From Nemertoderma westbladi (taxonomy: Eukaryota > Animalia > Xenacoelomorpha): DNA of 50,612 nt. Positions within the stretch are counted from its first letter, which is position 1. Each line of letters begins with the position of its first letter. A model generated the notes under the pieces. It worked only from the letters and a program-made list of their open reading frames with translations, was not told the DNA's origin and searched no databases. The translations under genes were made by a program, and so were the position numbers. The stretch covers positions 1 through 50,612 of the forward strand of contig JAUCBJ010004883.1 in assembly GCA_032718475.1 (NCBI GenBank), given 5' to 3'. Of this stretch, positions 1 to 12,444 are shown one piece after another.

Positions 1-1380
1 AATACTCAACAAATTATTAAAAATTAAACAGAAAAAATATTCAGGAATTCAGTGTTTCGGACATAAATGTTTCAGTGTTAGCGAATCCAATCCGTTGCAC
101 ACCACCTGTGGTATCCGGCTTTTGACTGAGGCCTCAATAACTGGGGTATACGGCCTACCCGAATGACCTGCTATAATGTACTGCTGTACTGCTTGTGTGT
201 GGCAGCAGTTTCAGAGTTTGTATAATACTGTACACCGCAGCACCGGTACATTGGTACTAAACGGCCGCTGCGGCCCTTACATAATGGTGGTGGTCCTGGA
301 ATATTAATTGTTGTTCTATAATATACATATATCTTTGTATTGCCTAATATAATCCAGTAAGGAAGGACGAACGATATATTAAACCATTCACACCATGGCG
401 CAGTCGTGTTCGGCTCGCGGCGTCCGCGAGTCGGAACGGGTTTTCGAATACTATAATTTAATAATTTAAATTAATTTTGAATACGGGTTTTCGAGGTTGC
501 CTCTCACAATAAATCTTGTTTATATTTTATGGTAGTGCAACAACAAAGTAAAAGAACAAATAGTAATTAAACAATTAAACATTTCATTTTTAATTTAGGA
601 AATAGCTCATCATTCGCCACAACGCATCACCACCGCGGAAAGATTCCGACTGTTCCCTCATCTAAGAAAGCCGTCCAAAGCTACAAATGGAGATCTAAAT
701 CGACATTTAAGAGTATTGTAGAGAAACACTACAATAAGTCGAAAGAGAGCGTAATGGTTCTTGTGGCGGATGCGAGCACTGCCCGAACCTGTAGTGCTGG
801 ACCATAATTGTGACACCGGTTGCGAATGCAATAGAGAGGGATGGGCTTCATCGTGTCATTGAAAGTTGTGTTTTTATTTAGAGGATAATTCATGAGGGAA
901 TGTCATACAAACAAAAAAATATTACACAAAATATACAAAAAACAAACAAAATTGAAAAAAAAGGTGGGCCGAGCGACCTTAGCGTATGATTATACATAAT
1001 TAGTATAAGTCAGCCTAATTTCCAACCATTTTTAAAATTATCATTTTATTTTATTAGCAAACACACTCGAACAACCGCCGGAACCATTAGAGTTGCATGA
1101 AGATGGGCGCGACAACGCAGTTGTGGAGGTGCAGCCGAGGGCACTGTTTATCTTCTCACCCATAAAGGATAAAGATCACCATGAGGCGAGAATATCTGCT
1201 GGAACGCAGTATATATGTTCGTGTGCGAGAGACTGATGTTCACTGCGAGTAAGTTTTTGTTTTTACATGATTGGCCTTGATGGCTCTCATTGAGTTGATA
1301 TATTTTGTATTTAAAAATAAATGTTTGTTATATTTCAATTCATAATTATATTAATATTAATATATAATAATTATTTAAAT

Positions 1381-1640
1381 GAGACAGGGGGAAACTGGAC
1401 GCAAATCCTATCTTGGCGAATTAATATCCCGCCCCAATGTTAAATTCTCAAATTAGGGAAAGGTGCAGGTTACAGTGGCACGTTATTTTAACCAAAACAA
1501 TAAACTAAACACACTAGAACAGGTTACAGTTATATTTTTGAGAGTAATCAACTGTTATTTGCTTCGAATTTCCCCTAGAGAGGGATGAATTTTTACTGCG
1601 TCCAGTCCCCCCCCCCCCCCCCCCCCCTCCCCCCTATCTG
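1381..1640. mobile_element. MITE with G-rich TIRs
   Basis: Left gagacagggggaaactggacgca vs right tgcgtccagtccccc...cctatctg; an inverted copy of the right ~175 bp lies at ~23316-23490. Confidence 0.7.
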
Positions 1641-2866
1641 ATTTAAATTTAAAAGTTACACAATATGATTCGCATGAAAACTATAAATTAATAAGATATA
1701 AGTAAATAATAATAATTATTACCAGTATACAATTAACAGTTAATCATTAACGGGTAAAAATCACTATAATTGGCCAAAACTAAACAAAAACATTAGACAC
1801 GCCGTAACTCGATCATTTCCAATAAGTTATATCTTAAAATGAACGGCATTATTTGGCATTTAAGGAATTGACCAATCAGTAATATCCTTTGCCATTTAAT
1901 ATTTTTATTAATCAAATCGTTAATAATTGTTTTGTTTTCAACTTGCCCAAACATTATAAAATATGTAGAGGTTTATTGAAATAAGATATAAAAAACAAGA
2001 AGGAAATGTCCCCCCTGTAATGCGTCCCTCCATTACAGGCTCTATACTGTACTATATACCAAAAGGGCAATATACATTGCAATACAGGGGGGACTTAAAT
2101 TAAAACACAAATAGAGCTAGTAAAGTAAAATTTAATAGCTGCTCATGTTCATTGTGCACATCATATATGTTTATAGGTTATAAAACAAAAAAATTTGACG
2201 AAAATTCCAACCTAATTTTAACCACTTTTAGTGATTTTGACCATACACTTAATCATTAACATAAAACGAATTAATTAAATAAAACCAATTTTTAAAACCC
2301 ACTAAAATTTATTTTGTGTTTGCGGTCATTTCGCGCCATAATAATCAAATAATCAATAATTAACACATGATTATGTCATAATTTATAAAGCAAATAATTC
2401 TAAAAAAATTAAATATTGATAGATTGCTAATCAATGTTGTGAACATTTCCTGAAAATTTCATGAGGTTTGGGTTCATCCATTGTACTGAAAACGTTTTAC
2501 CTACTATAGACTGTCTGTCTGTCAGTCTGTCTGTCGGTCTGTCTGTCGGTCTTTGGCAATGTAAGCAAGTTGACGACCTAACTTAAAAATTAAAACTATG
2601 GGAGTTTTCTTGCCGGGCCGGATTTCGTTTTAGGGCCTGTCAGTGTGTCACGAAGTGCTACATTGAAACATATTTACATTTTTGCAGCGTATGGGGGCAT
2701 GCTGAGTGCATTGGACTCATTGAGTCATACGAGATGGAAGCACTGACATGGGTCTGTAGGACTCACGTAGAGTGTCGAAAGAAAAGAACGCCCGAAGAAG
2801 CTGCTCTATTAAAGGCGAAGTGGGATGCGAAGAATAACCGCGCTGCTGTATGCTCAAGTGGACCCA

Positions 2867-3424
2867 TGCCAAGTACAAAGAACGGACATGCGCCGGGTGC
2901 AAAGAACGTAACTGCGCCGGGTGCAAAGAATGGAACCGCGCCGGGTGCAAAGAACGTAACTGCGCCGGGTGCAAAGAATGGAACCGCGCCGGGTGCAAAG
3001 AACAGACCCGCGCCAGGTGCAAAGAACAGACCCGCGCCAGGTGCAAAGAACGGACCCGCGCTGGGTGCAAAGAATGGAACTGCGCCGGGTGCAAAGAACG
3101 GAACCACGCTGGGTTCAAAGAACGGAACCGCGCCGGGTGCAAAGAACGGAACCGCGGCGTGTGCAAAGAACGGACCCGCGCTGGGTGCAAATAATGGAAC
3201 TGCGCCGGGTGCAAAGAACAGACCCGCACTGGGTGCAAAGAACAGACCCGCGCCAGGTGCAAAGAACAGACCCGCGCCAGGTGCAAAGAACGGACCCCCG
3301 CTGGGTGCAAAGAACAGACCCGCACTGGGTGCAAAGAACAGACCCGCACTGGGTTCAAAGAATGGAACCGCGCCGGGTGCAAAGAACGGAACCGCGGCGT
3401 GTGCAAAGAACAGACCCGCGCAGG
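2867..3424 (+). repeat. 24-bp minisatellite (~23 units, encodes APGAKNGT) with a 240-bp higher-order duplication
   Basis: Unit gcgccgggtgcaaagaacggaacc; diagnostic variants recur 240 bp apart (ggttcaaag at 3112/3352; gcggcgtgt at ~3154/3394). Confidence 0.95.
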
Positions 3425-3705
3425 TTCACAGTTCAGACCAACAACGGGTGACCGTGTCGGACAGGGAGGTCGTGTCCAAAGAACACCCGCTCGGCTGTTA
3501 TAAAACTTTGTTGTACTGTTTTTCCGATTTAAATAACTTGTGAATTATGAATACTTGTGAATATTTTAAATTGATTCAAATTATTATTATTATATATTTA
3601 GCTAAGTATATTATATCTGTCTGTCTGTCTGTCTGTCCGCCTGTCAAAATATAAGGAAAGCATTCCACCTAACTAAAAGTTTTGTTCTGGGGTTATTGGT
3701 AAAAA

Positions 3706-4042
3706 GTTAATTTCAGGCAAACAGGAAAATCCTACACATTGAGAGTTATATAAAACTTCATATAAGCCACTGATTGATAAACAAACTATTTAAATTAATT
3801 TCAGGCAAACAGGAAAATCCTACACATTGAGAGTTATATAAAACTTAATATAAGCCACTGATTGATAAACTGTTTAAATTAATTTCAGGCAAACAGGAAA
3901 ATCCTGCACATTGAGAGTTATATAAAACTTAATATAAGCCACTGATTGATAAACTGTTTAAATTAATTTCAGGCAAACAGGAAAATCCTAGACATTGAGA
4001 GTTATATAAAACTTAATATAAGCCACTGATTGATAAACTGTC
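3706..4042. repeat. 84-bp tandem repeat, 4 copies
   Basis: tttcagg starts at 3711, 3799, 3883 and 3967; units are nearly identical. Confidence 0.95.
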
Positions 4043-4368
4043 CCCTCCTTCAAAAAACGTTTTACAACATTCTTAAAACGTACAATTCCAACCTTGTTTA
4101 TATCGGAAAATTGGGACGACAACTGAGTGCTGCCAATACCTCTGGCTGGCAAGGATAGTGTGGGGTCGCAAATTGGAGAGGAGACTACGACATCTTGCTA
4201 TCTTATGACGGCAGCAGCCATATGCCTCGAGTGGGAAGTGTCTTTGTCGGTGTTACACGCTGCTGCGGCGTTAGAGAGTTTCAGCCAGTTTGTCCTCATC
4301 TCAAACGATGGACACCAACCCATAGAGCTCTTCCCATTTCTGCATGGTTTGTGGAAGGCTGTGTGGAT

Positions 4369-5000
4369 CGGATCATACAGTTTTTTTTTTATTTCAATTA
4401 CAAGTAAAATAAACATTAACAGAACAAGCAGCATAATGAATTAATTAATGTCAACAAATTGTAGGTAATTAATAATTATTGTTGAAACTATTTAACGCAA
4501 TCCCAGCCTCGGCTACAGCCGCGCTCACGCCGGTCTCCCGCATCGTCTGTCTCGTTGCCAGCCTAGCCTTCGGCTTCCGTGCGCCCCGGAGGCACATGAT
4601 GGAGGAACGGAGGAGGGCGAAACTCAACCGAGTCCTGATGAGGGAGAGAGTCTGCGAGTAGGGAGCATCCCGTTTCGCCGACAGTAGGAGCGCAATGCGT
4701 GTGAGGAGCGCGTGGGCTGAGCGGCTGGCCCCACAAGTTGTAGCAATTACAAAAGGCGAGAAGCCGGCATGCTTGACATCATTGATTCTCTCCTCGTACT
4801 TCCTCCGTTTATCTTGCTCATGTTTGCTGTAAGCAGCATCCATGGAGCGAGGATTGGAGGAGCACAGAGGATTGAATACCTTGACGTCGATATACACCCG
4901 CTCGAAGCGCCCACCCCACAGCCCACTCGCCGCAACGTCCAGACGGGCCTCCGGGTCTACCGTAGCAGATCTCAGGCGGAAGGACTCACCCTCGATCGCC
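4369..5000 (-). mobile_element. 5'-truncated CRE-clade non-LTR retrotransposon (restriction-like endonuclease end plus poly-A)
   Basis: ARLDVAASGLWGGRFERVYIDVKVFNP...HEQDKRRKYEERI...FSPFVIATT...RLSFALLRSSIMCLRG; A-tail at 4381-4390; gtgtggat duplicated at 4361-4368 and 5001-5008. Confidence 0.85.
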
Positions 5001-5814
5001 GTGTGGATGCAGGTGTTTAAGCATCTGGTGTACGCCTTCTAACACGTAGTCGGCCCCTTCACCATTCACGGATGTTAGCGATCTCCTAAATGTTGAATTA
5101 GAATCTAAATAATTAATAATGTTTTTAGGAAGGCGTAGGCGTTGGCAGGCCATGTATGCCACTATTTTTTGCTAATGCGTATGTCCCCGCGCAAAGAACA
5201 GTGGAGCAAACTTCACTACGGCACACATACTCAAATACGCACGATTCCTACGGATACCAATACGCAATATCATAATGGCTAAAAGAAACGTGGTGTTGAA
5301 CTGCAGGAGTGCAACAAAGCCGTCATTAGGACAGTTGACCATAAACTTCTGCAGTTCAACAATAGTTTCAGTTTCTGAAAGTGTCTCCTTAACTGTTAAC
5401 AAAAATCGTCTTAACTGTTTGCAAGTAGTCCCGATTAAAGCAATTTCTACGGCTTCCCATGATTTGTGGTGATCGGTGGCTTGTCGACAACTCCTTCGCC
5501 ACCCCTGGCTGTTGAATCCATTTGTCGTTGCAAGCAACTCGAACTCAAGCTCCCAAGCAGCTTTTATCATATTATGTTCCAGGTGTCCAAGACCTGGAAC
5601 CAGAAGGTATTTATCTGCCCAATTCGGGTTGGCTTTAATTGCATTTAACATTAGATTCATTGGACAGCCATCCATAACCAGAGTCGCCCATTTCCGAGTG
5701 CCATCACTATCTGTAAAAAACATATTTTTAAATATATAAATATAAATTAATTTAAATATATTTAAAAAGGGCGGGTGCACCCTTTATAAACGACCAAGCT
5801 ACACTATATGCCGC

Positions 5815-5990
5815 ACACAATGCGACATAAACTAGGTGCTGACACAATGCGACATACACTAGGTACCGACGATATGCCGACATACACTAGGTGCCGACAC
5901 AATGCGACATACACTAGGTGCCGATGCCATGCCGACATACACTAGGTGCCGACGCCATGCCGACATACACTAGGTCCGATCACAATGCGA
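5815..5990. repeat. 27-28-bp tandem repeat (~6-7 units) inside the intron of transposase copy A
   Basis: Unit ctaggtgccgacacaatgcgacataca and variants. Confidence 0.9.
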
Positions 5991-6898
5991 TCAAAATTAC
6001 GCAATCAAAATTTTCATCAATTATCCATAAATAAAACATTGATATGTTTACAATATAAAAAATATTTAAGATTCAAAACCTACCTGCCAAGTTCTCAGGT
6101 TTATTCAGCATTTCCGTTACTTTCTCATAACTACAAGGGTCCTCTGGCAAGGGAGCATGAATATAAATATTGGCCATTGGGGGACAAGTTCTTTCGTCAA
6201 GTACTCCCCGCATAACAGCTCCATCGATTAGACACTTGTAGGTCGGATCGTTAAAAGGGGTGTTACAGTTCTTATGTTTTAGGACATGCAATTCCATGAG
6301 TAGAAAAATTGCCCGAAGATCTCGAAAAAGTGTCTCATTATCATTGATGAATTATAACCGTTGTAGTTATTGATTACTGGTACAGTTTTAACCGTCGTCA
6401 CTAACCGTTGTATTGCATGCTATTATATTCAGACTGTGCTATTATCGATTACTGTGATTATTAACACTGACAACAAAACTCAGTTATTTTGAACGGCCTT
6501 CGGCCTACTATACATATCCAGTAAACAGCTCAGCAGCCCATGGACGCGGCGACGCATATAATACACACACCAGTCGGGATCTGATACTGCCAACTCCGTT
6601 GGATCCCGTCACAGGGGGGGGTTGGGTTGTTGGCCTTAACTGCCTGGCGGGTTGGTGCATAATTATTTTGGTGTATAACAGCTAGCAGTAGGGACCGATG
6701 TTGTTTACGCCTGTTTTATATTTGTATATAAATACCGGTAACTATCTATAATCGTAATAATGCTGTAAATATAATTAATTTGTAATTTGAACGGAGTTCC
6801 TTGACAAGGAGCCAAGAGCTCGAAATCGATCGGAAATACAAGCGTTTTCAATAGTGAAGAAGGGAGTCCCCGGAGGTGATCCTTACTTTCTAATATTT

Positions 6899-7052
6899 CC
6901 ACTTAAGGATGCAAGGCAGATATGCGCCCTGGCTGGTCCCTTTAAAGCATTCGTCCCGAAATGAATACTGCCCAGCCCCATGTGAGGATCAAACCCACGA
7001 CCTACGGGAGATGTGAATTCAATGCAACCACTACACCAAGATGGAACCTTGG
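6899..7052 (-). mobile_element. tRNA-derived SINE, 5' portion
   Basis: Minus-strand A box tggtgtagtgg and B box ggtttgatcc; closely similar to 43410-43564. A second SINE-like segment (tttcatccttcagtggtcgataaatgggaacc) follows on + at ~7060-7200. Confidence 0.8.
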
Positions 7053-7684
7053 AACCTAGCCCAACCCTGGCTTTCATCCTTCAGTGGTCGATAAATGGGA
7101 ACCAAGGCAACTTGGGTAACAGAGTGTAAAGGTTTACTGTGGAAGATCACCCATGGTGGTGAACAGGTTGGTTCATGGTGGCTGGCTTAACGAGCCTAAA
7201 AGATTCTCCCATTCATAATTATATTTCTATTATTTTTTCTCTGATTTAACAGAAGCTTCTATAGAAGCCTTTCTTGCTGCCCATTGCTTTGCCATTAGTT
7301 TACATGCATTATGTAACATGCACTCTAAAAAACTTATCTACAGATATATAAGGTAGATTAACCATAGTGTCACTATTTATGTTGAGATGTTACCGGGCAT
7401 TTTTTAAGCTTTGGAATGTTGTTCATTTGAGAAGAAACCACATAGAGCACAACATTGTGATGCATCTGTCATTACAGACAAAGCAGTTTGAACTTTGACT
7501 AGGTAGGGACTATGAATAATAGGAGTGTTACATTAGCGATAGATTATAGTAATTAGTTTGGGGCGGACTGCAATTTTTAATCATTTTTAGTTTATACAGG
7601 TCTATATATAATTGTATTTATTAATACATGAAATATGTATTATATATATTAATACATAGTGGGGTTAGAGATACAACGATCAGT

Positions 7685-7990
7685 TTAACCCTATTAGTAC
7701 CGGGCTATAAAATGTACAAATACCAGGGGGGGGGGGGGGGGGTCAGATTGACCTCCCCCCCCCCCCCCCCCCCCTCTAAAATCTACAAACTTTTACGAAA
7801 ACGTCTGATTTTTTGTTTGTACGTAGGTATCACTAGTCTGGATCCAACGGAAAAAAAAATTTCAGAAAAAATGTACTGGGGTGGTTTTATTGCAGCACCA
7901 AATTTACAAGTAGTGCACAATTTTCACAAAATTTGAAAGTTACATTTTTCGGCTAATTGTTTTCAATACAGGTTTTCTTGGGCGCAAAAT
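7685..7990 (+). mobile_element. piggyBac-like non-autonomous element, left end only
   Basis: TTAA|CCCT terminus followed by the G-run/tcagattgacc/C-run subterminal palindrome; no right end found. Confidence 0.45.
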
Positions 7991-8671
7991 CAGTTCATAT
8001 GGTATGGTAGAGGTCTCCTCTAATACAGTAAGTAATAGACTGGCTGTGAAAACCGGCCGCACTGTACTGTATATTATTAGTTAAGCTTGAGACAGCACCT
8101 CCTTATTGAATTATGGCGTCTCTTGGCTCAAAACATCTAAGACATGGTGATGTATATAACAGCAGTGGGGGTCGCGTATTACAGTATGGCATATGGGGCT
8201 AACTAAGTTCATAAGTTAAAAGCGCACTGCAGTAAGGGAAAAACCTTTTTTATGTGTGATTGACAAATGCAAACCAAATACTGAAATAGTAATACTTGCA
8301 TCAACCAAACAAACTGCCACTCAGTCTTATGATAATAATGATGTGATAATGAAATAATGTACAAAGTCGCCTAACCAGAGCCACAATCATAATTAGTGAA
8401 ATAGCAGAATAGGTAATATGGAACCAATTATGATATTATAATATTCTAGAATATTAAATAACCTGTGTATACAATCAGCTCAGCGCTATCTATTTAAATG
8501 CAATATTATTTATTAATGTTATGGAAATTACTTTCAAATTTAATTGGTACATTTTAACAAAAAGGTGTTCCTTTTTTGTCAAATTTGTTAACGAATTAAA
8601 AAAAACAAAGTGACTTACAACAAAAAATTAATTAAAAATCGTTCTACTCCTGCCCGTCTATTACTGTATTA

Positions 8672-10185
8672 TTATACATTAGAAAGATACAAACCTGTTA
8701 GAACAACTTGTAGCGATTCCCATGCCTTGTGATCTTTTGCTTCTTTAAAATAATGTAAGGCTTTATCAGTGACAAATCCACTTATAATGGCAAACTTCTT
8801 AAAAAGGAGGTCCCAACCCGCCGAAATGACAGATTCCATATGAGCGTAGCCAGGGATTAATAGAAGTTGGTTAAGCCATTCTGAATTTTCTGGAAGAAGT
8901 GACAATAATAAGGACATCGGCAGTCCATCCATCGCCAGAGCAATCCATTTCCTATCGGGATCTTTTTTCAACATGTTGATTACTTCTTCCACAGTCTTTG
9001 TTACATTTTTATAACTTCCCGGATCTTGTGGAAGCAGACTATGACCATTTAGTGGTACGTACGAAGCTGAAGCAGGCTCCTTAATAGTCCAATTAGCTAC
9101 TACATCATTCAGTAATCTCGAATAGTTACCGTCGGTGAAAAGATAACTGTTATTGTTTAGTATCCCACGCAATTCCCCGAATAAATACTTATTCCTTATT
9201 TCTCAAAATAATTCTTTATAATGTTCAAAAAACGGTTTACAAGTGTCAAACCCGCTTCAGGGGTATCAATATCTACGTAATTTAGCGCTCTATACTGCAG
9301 GTTACTTACAGGGTTGGTTATAGAAATAACGGAACAGACTTTTGATATTGGTTGTGAATTATGGTTATAAACATGGTAAGTTTTACCTATAAATTGGTTA
9401 TTGTCAAACACTACAATTGTGTCTCCAGCACTGAGCTTGTCTTTGGTTGATGGTCCCTCCTTTAGCAACGAAAGCAGCTTCGTGTAACTTGGGTGTGCTG
9501 AACAATTCGAGCGAACTTGCTGAGAAAATTTAGAATTATCAACTGAGTAACACACCATACTTTCTAATGTTGCTTGGACACCGCAGTAACTTTTATTAGT
9601 AGAACTGAGTAACAGTTCGAATATTTTTACAGCAATAATCTTTTGCCGCACAATATCATTGTTACAATGACCCACTGTAACAACTTTAGAAGTTCCATCT
9701 GCAGCTACATCATCATTATTTACACCACATAACTGGAATAAAAATTTACGCAAGCTTCGGTGTGGAATAATTTTATCGGGGTCGTAATTGTTTAGCTGTT
9801 CGAGTTTGTTTGTGTCGCAATCTGTCAGGTCATTAGCTGCATCAACAGACAAATCACGCAGTTGCTTCGCCACCTTTAAATACTCATCATGATTACCGGT
9901 ACCCCCTGCAGTTTGATTTTCTAAATTAAATTTATTACCAAACATTGTTTCGTGTTTGATTTCGATGACGGAAACTTTGGGTTCGCAATAATCCTTGTTC
10001 ATCAATTGTTTGGATTTTTCGATACATGATGAGCAGATATACTTGGCTTTCGTGAAAAGAATACCTGATTCGCGGAGGTCATTCACTAAACGTCTCTTAA
10101 GTTCCTTCATTTCTGTACTACAAAGTCGCGTTGGTTTATCCTCCTGGGAATGGCATGTCGATTTGCAATTTCTAGTTGAGCTCAT
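8672..10185 (-). pseudogene. Academ-like DDE transposase, copy B (N-terminal two-thirds, broken at ~9172-9196)
   Basis: Cys-rich N-terminus (YICSSC), VVFDNNQ, LPQDPGSYKNV, RKWIALAMDG, IPGYAHME, KDHKAWE; clearly paralogous to copy A. Probable donor ACA G|gtttgt near 8694. Confidence 0.65.
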
Positions 10186-10609
10186 ATTTCAGTATTGTAT
10201 GATAATGATAACTATATATGATAATTTACAGCATAAACAATTTAAGAAATAGTAGTTCTAGATAATTAAAATATGAAACTATAGAATAGAATTACAGAAG
10301 GAACCCAAATAATAAATGATAATGATAATGTAAAACGAATATACATACTGTACATAAAGTAACATCACCTCGTCATGTCCACACAAAGCTCATATACAGT
10401 AACAACAGTACATGCACATTTACAGATTGATTGTGCTTGCTGATTGTGTAATGATTGGCAGATTATGTATTACACTTCACTGCGCACTAAGGAATATAAA
10501 CCCACTATCACACACTATACTGATATAGTGCTATATGGCCACTCAACAATGATTGGCTGATTAAACACAGTAAGACATATATCAATCACCACAACTACTC
10601 AAAGCATAA

Positions 10610-10904
10610 GCCAGACACATTTTGGCTGCAATTCACGTTTTCGGACATAATGTGACCGTTTTATATTTTAAATATTACAATATAGTTATCCCAATGATGA
10701 GATTGTAATTCTCAAATTAATCTATACAGAATTTTATGGCGATTTTAATGGTATAATTTTTAAAATGCCAATGTTAAAACTTCAATGCCAGTTTTCAAAT
10801 GAAATTTAGCATTGATTTCTATGGAGAAATTTCATTCTGAGGGTATTTTCCGCAAACACATTCTGGCTGTAACATGGACAAAATGTGACCAGTGTTCCTG
10901 ACTG
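10610..10904. mobile_element. Tc1/mariner-type MITE end
   Basis: Ends gaccagtgttcctgactg|TA; subterminal repeats acacattttggctg and ggaca(t/a)aatgtgacc each occur twice. Confidence 0.5.
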
Positions 10905-10989
10905 TATTATTATAATATTATTGTTGCTGTACCAGTATATTCTATGATACTCTGCACTTGAATTCAGGATTGTTGTTGTGGACACTATA

Positions 10990-11972
10990 GTTGGCCTGGC
11001 TGGCTCCATCCCGATTCATAAAAGACCTAAGCCACTCAATTCCTGGGTAGTTGTTCTTAAAGGCGCTAATTGTTATCCCCCATTTATTCAGAAAGTTTTG
11101 AACCAAAATCTGAACTTCAATAAACCCAAGTGGTTTCTTCCAATCACAAAAAAACGATGAGGACATCTACTATACATTTTTCATCATCAATTGAAATCAG
11201 AGTAGGGTGACCTACTGCTTCAGTGTGTCGCTCTCGCACCTTATTGAATAGTGTCCCAAGAGGAATTTTAAACTGCCGGGAAGTCTCACTTATTCCAGCT
11301 CCTATTCTCACTGCACCTATTGCAGTGAGTGCATGCCATAAACAGATGGTGTTGCATAGATCTTCATTTTCATATCATTCATCTTCATTATCATATCATC
11401 CATAGGCTTCACATTTTAGGGCGACCGCCACTCAACTCGCATTGCGACAAGGCGGCGTCCTACTTCATCAACATAACTTTGTCAGTTTTTAATTCACATT
11501 AAATAAAATGTGCAATTATAAGTATATATATACTGTAACAATGCTTGAAGTAAATAAAACAAATAAAAATGAAAATGAAAATGCATTTTTAAGAGTTTCA
11601 GAAGTGTAGTTCTTGTAGTTCCTTGAACCCAGCTGTCGCTTGTGATGTCTAACCATATTCTGATATTATTATTAGCGTTATTATACAATAGGCCTTCTGT
11701 TAACAAAACAATCATTAGACCTAAACAGATGTTAGGTAGGCCTATCCTCTAGACGCTGGAGGCCTATTAGACAGTACCTGTACCGGTACAAGACCTAGAA
11801 GCTGTAATTGATACCTGTTCCTACTCGGATTCACGTCTTGTCATTATAGATTATAATTCAAGTTACATTTTTTATACAAAATTTCTTGGATCGAAAATGC
11901 AAATCTGCCATGTTCAAAGTTTCCCCACCTGTTCAAAGTTACACCACTGTTCAAAGTAGCCCCACTTTACGG
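10990..11972 (-). mobile_element. pogo/Fot1-like DNA transposon 5' fragment (psq-HTH plus CENP-B HTH remnant)
   Basis: ISETSRQFKIPLGTLFNKV..GHPTLISIDDE and AFKNNYPGIEWLRSFMNR; terminus TA|ccgtaaagtggggctactttgaaca with three tgttcaaagt subterminal repeats. Confidence 0.7.
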
Positions 11973-12444
11973 TATTTCATGTGCATACTAAGCATTGTTC
12001 CAATTCCATTTGACAATTGACAATTCAAATGGGGTAGGCCTTGGTACTGGTATGCTCACAGCAGTATTGTTACTGATGTACTAGTAATACTGCAGTACTC
12101 AGTATGCAGTACTGCCCAGTAAAAAATGATCCAGTGCTATATCGGTGTACGTTTGGTGTAGAATGGCGTCAGGTGTATGAGTGGCGCTGCACTTGAATTT
12201 GTCCGTAATTTTTATAAATGATACCACATATTCACCAGTGATAGAATAGATGGTTTCCACTGGCGTATAATTGGTTAATAAGTGGCGCTGAAATTGGTTT
12301 GTCTAAATTTAATATATGACACCACATATTCGCCAGTGTTAGAATATATTGTTTCCACTGGTGTATAATGAGTTATAATTGGAGGTGTATCTATTGCCGA
12401 AGCATACCAGTTTATAGGGATCTGCATTTGGGATCTGTCATCAA

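Larger units (their letters stand above)
1058..3543 (+). pseudogene. Spliced PHD-finger-like gene (exons ~1058-1248 and 2688-3543) with a C-terminal 8-aa repeat; probably decayed
   Basis: Donor GA|gtaagt at 1248/1249 joins acceptor tttgcag|C at 2687/2688 in phase to give HCDVWGHAECIGLIESYEMEALTWVCRTH, matching the W-x-H-x2-C...W-x-C half of a PHD finger. The upstream exon has an in-frame stop. A further exon-like, stop-containing segment lies at ~599-862. Confidence 0.5.
3988..6300 (-). pseudogene. Academ-like (DUF6589-related) DDE transposase pseudogene, copy A; spliced and interrupted by a CRE LINE
   Basis: Exon ~6085-6300 (PLPEDPCSYEKV) splices in phase (G|gtaggt ... ttttacag|AT at 5710) to RKWATLVMDG..PGLGHLEHNM..DHHKSW..GIRRN..PLFFARGHTH. 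The frame continues past the TAG at 5172-5174 to GEGADYVLEGVHQMLKHLHPH and resumes after the insertion at ~4360 (SLPQTMQKW). Confidence 0.65.

Noticed and set aside
2717-3451. Overlapping ORFs in four alternative frames
   Set aside because: By-products of a stop-free 24-bp repeat; only the + frame is tied to a splice acceptor and a protein motif.
2867-5990. CRISPR-like arrays (the 24-bp and 27-bp repeats)
   Set aside because: Units are contiguous with no unique spacers, there are no cas genes, and the context is eukaryotic.
7628-7936. ORFs with poly-Gly/poly-Pro tracts (also 23232, 29709, 45757, 50131)
   Set aside because: Translations of G/C homopolymer runs inside repeats; run lengths may also be sequencing-inflated.
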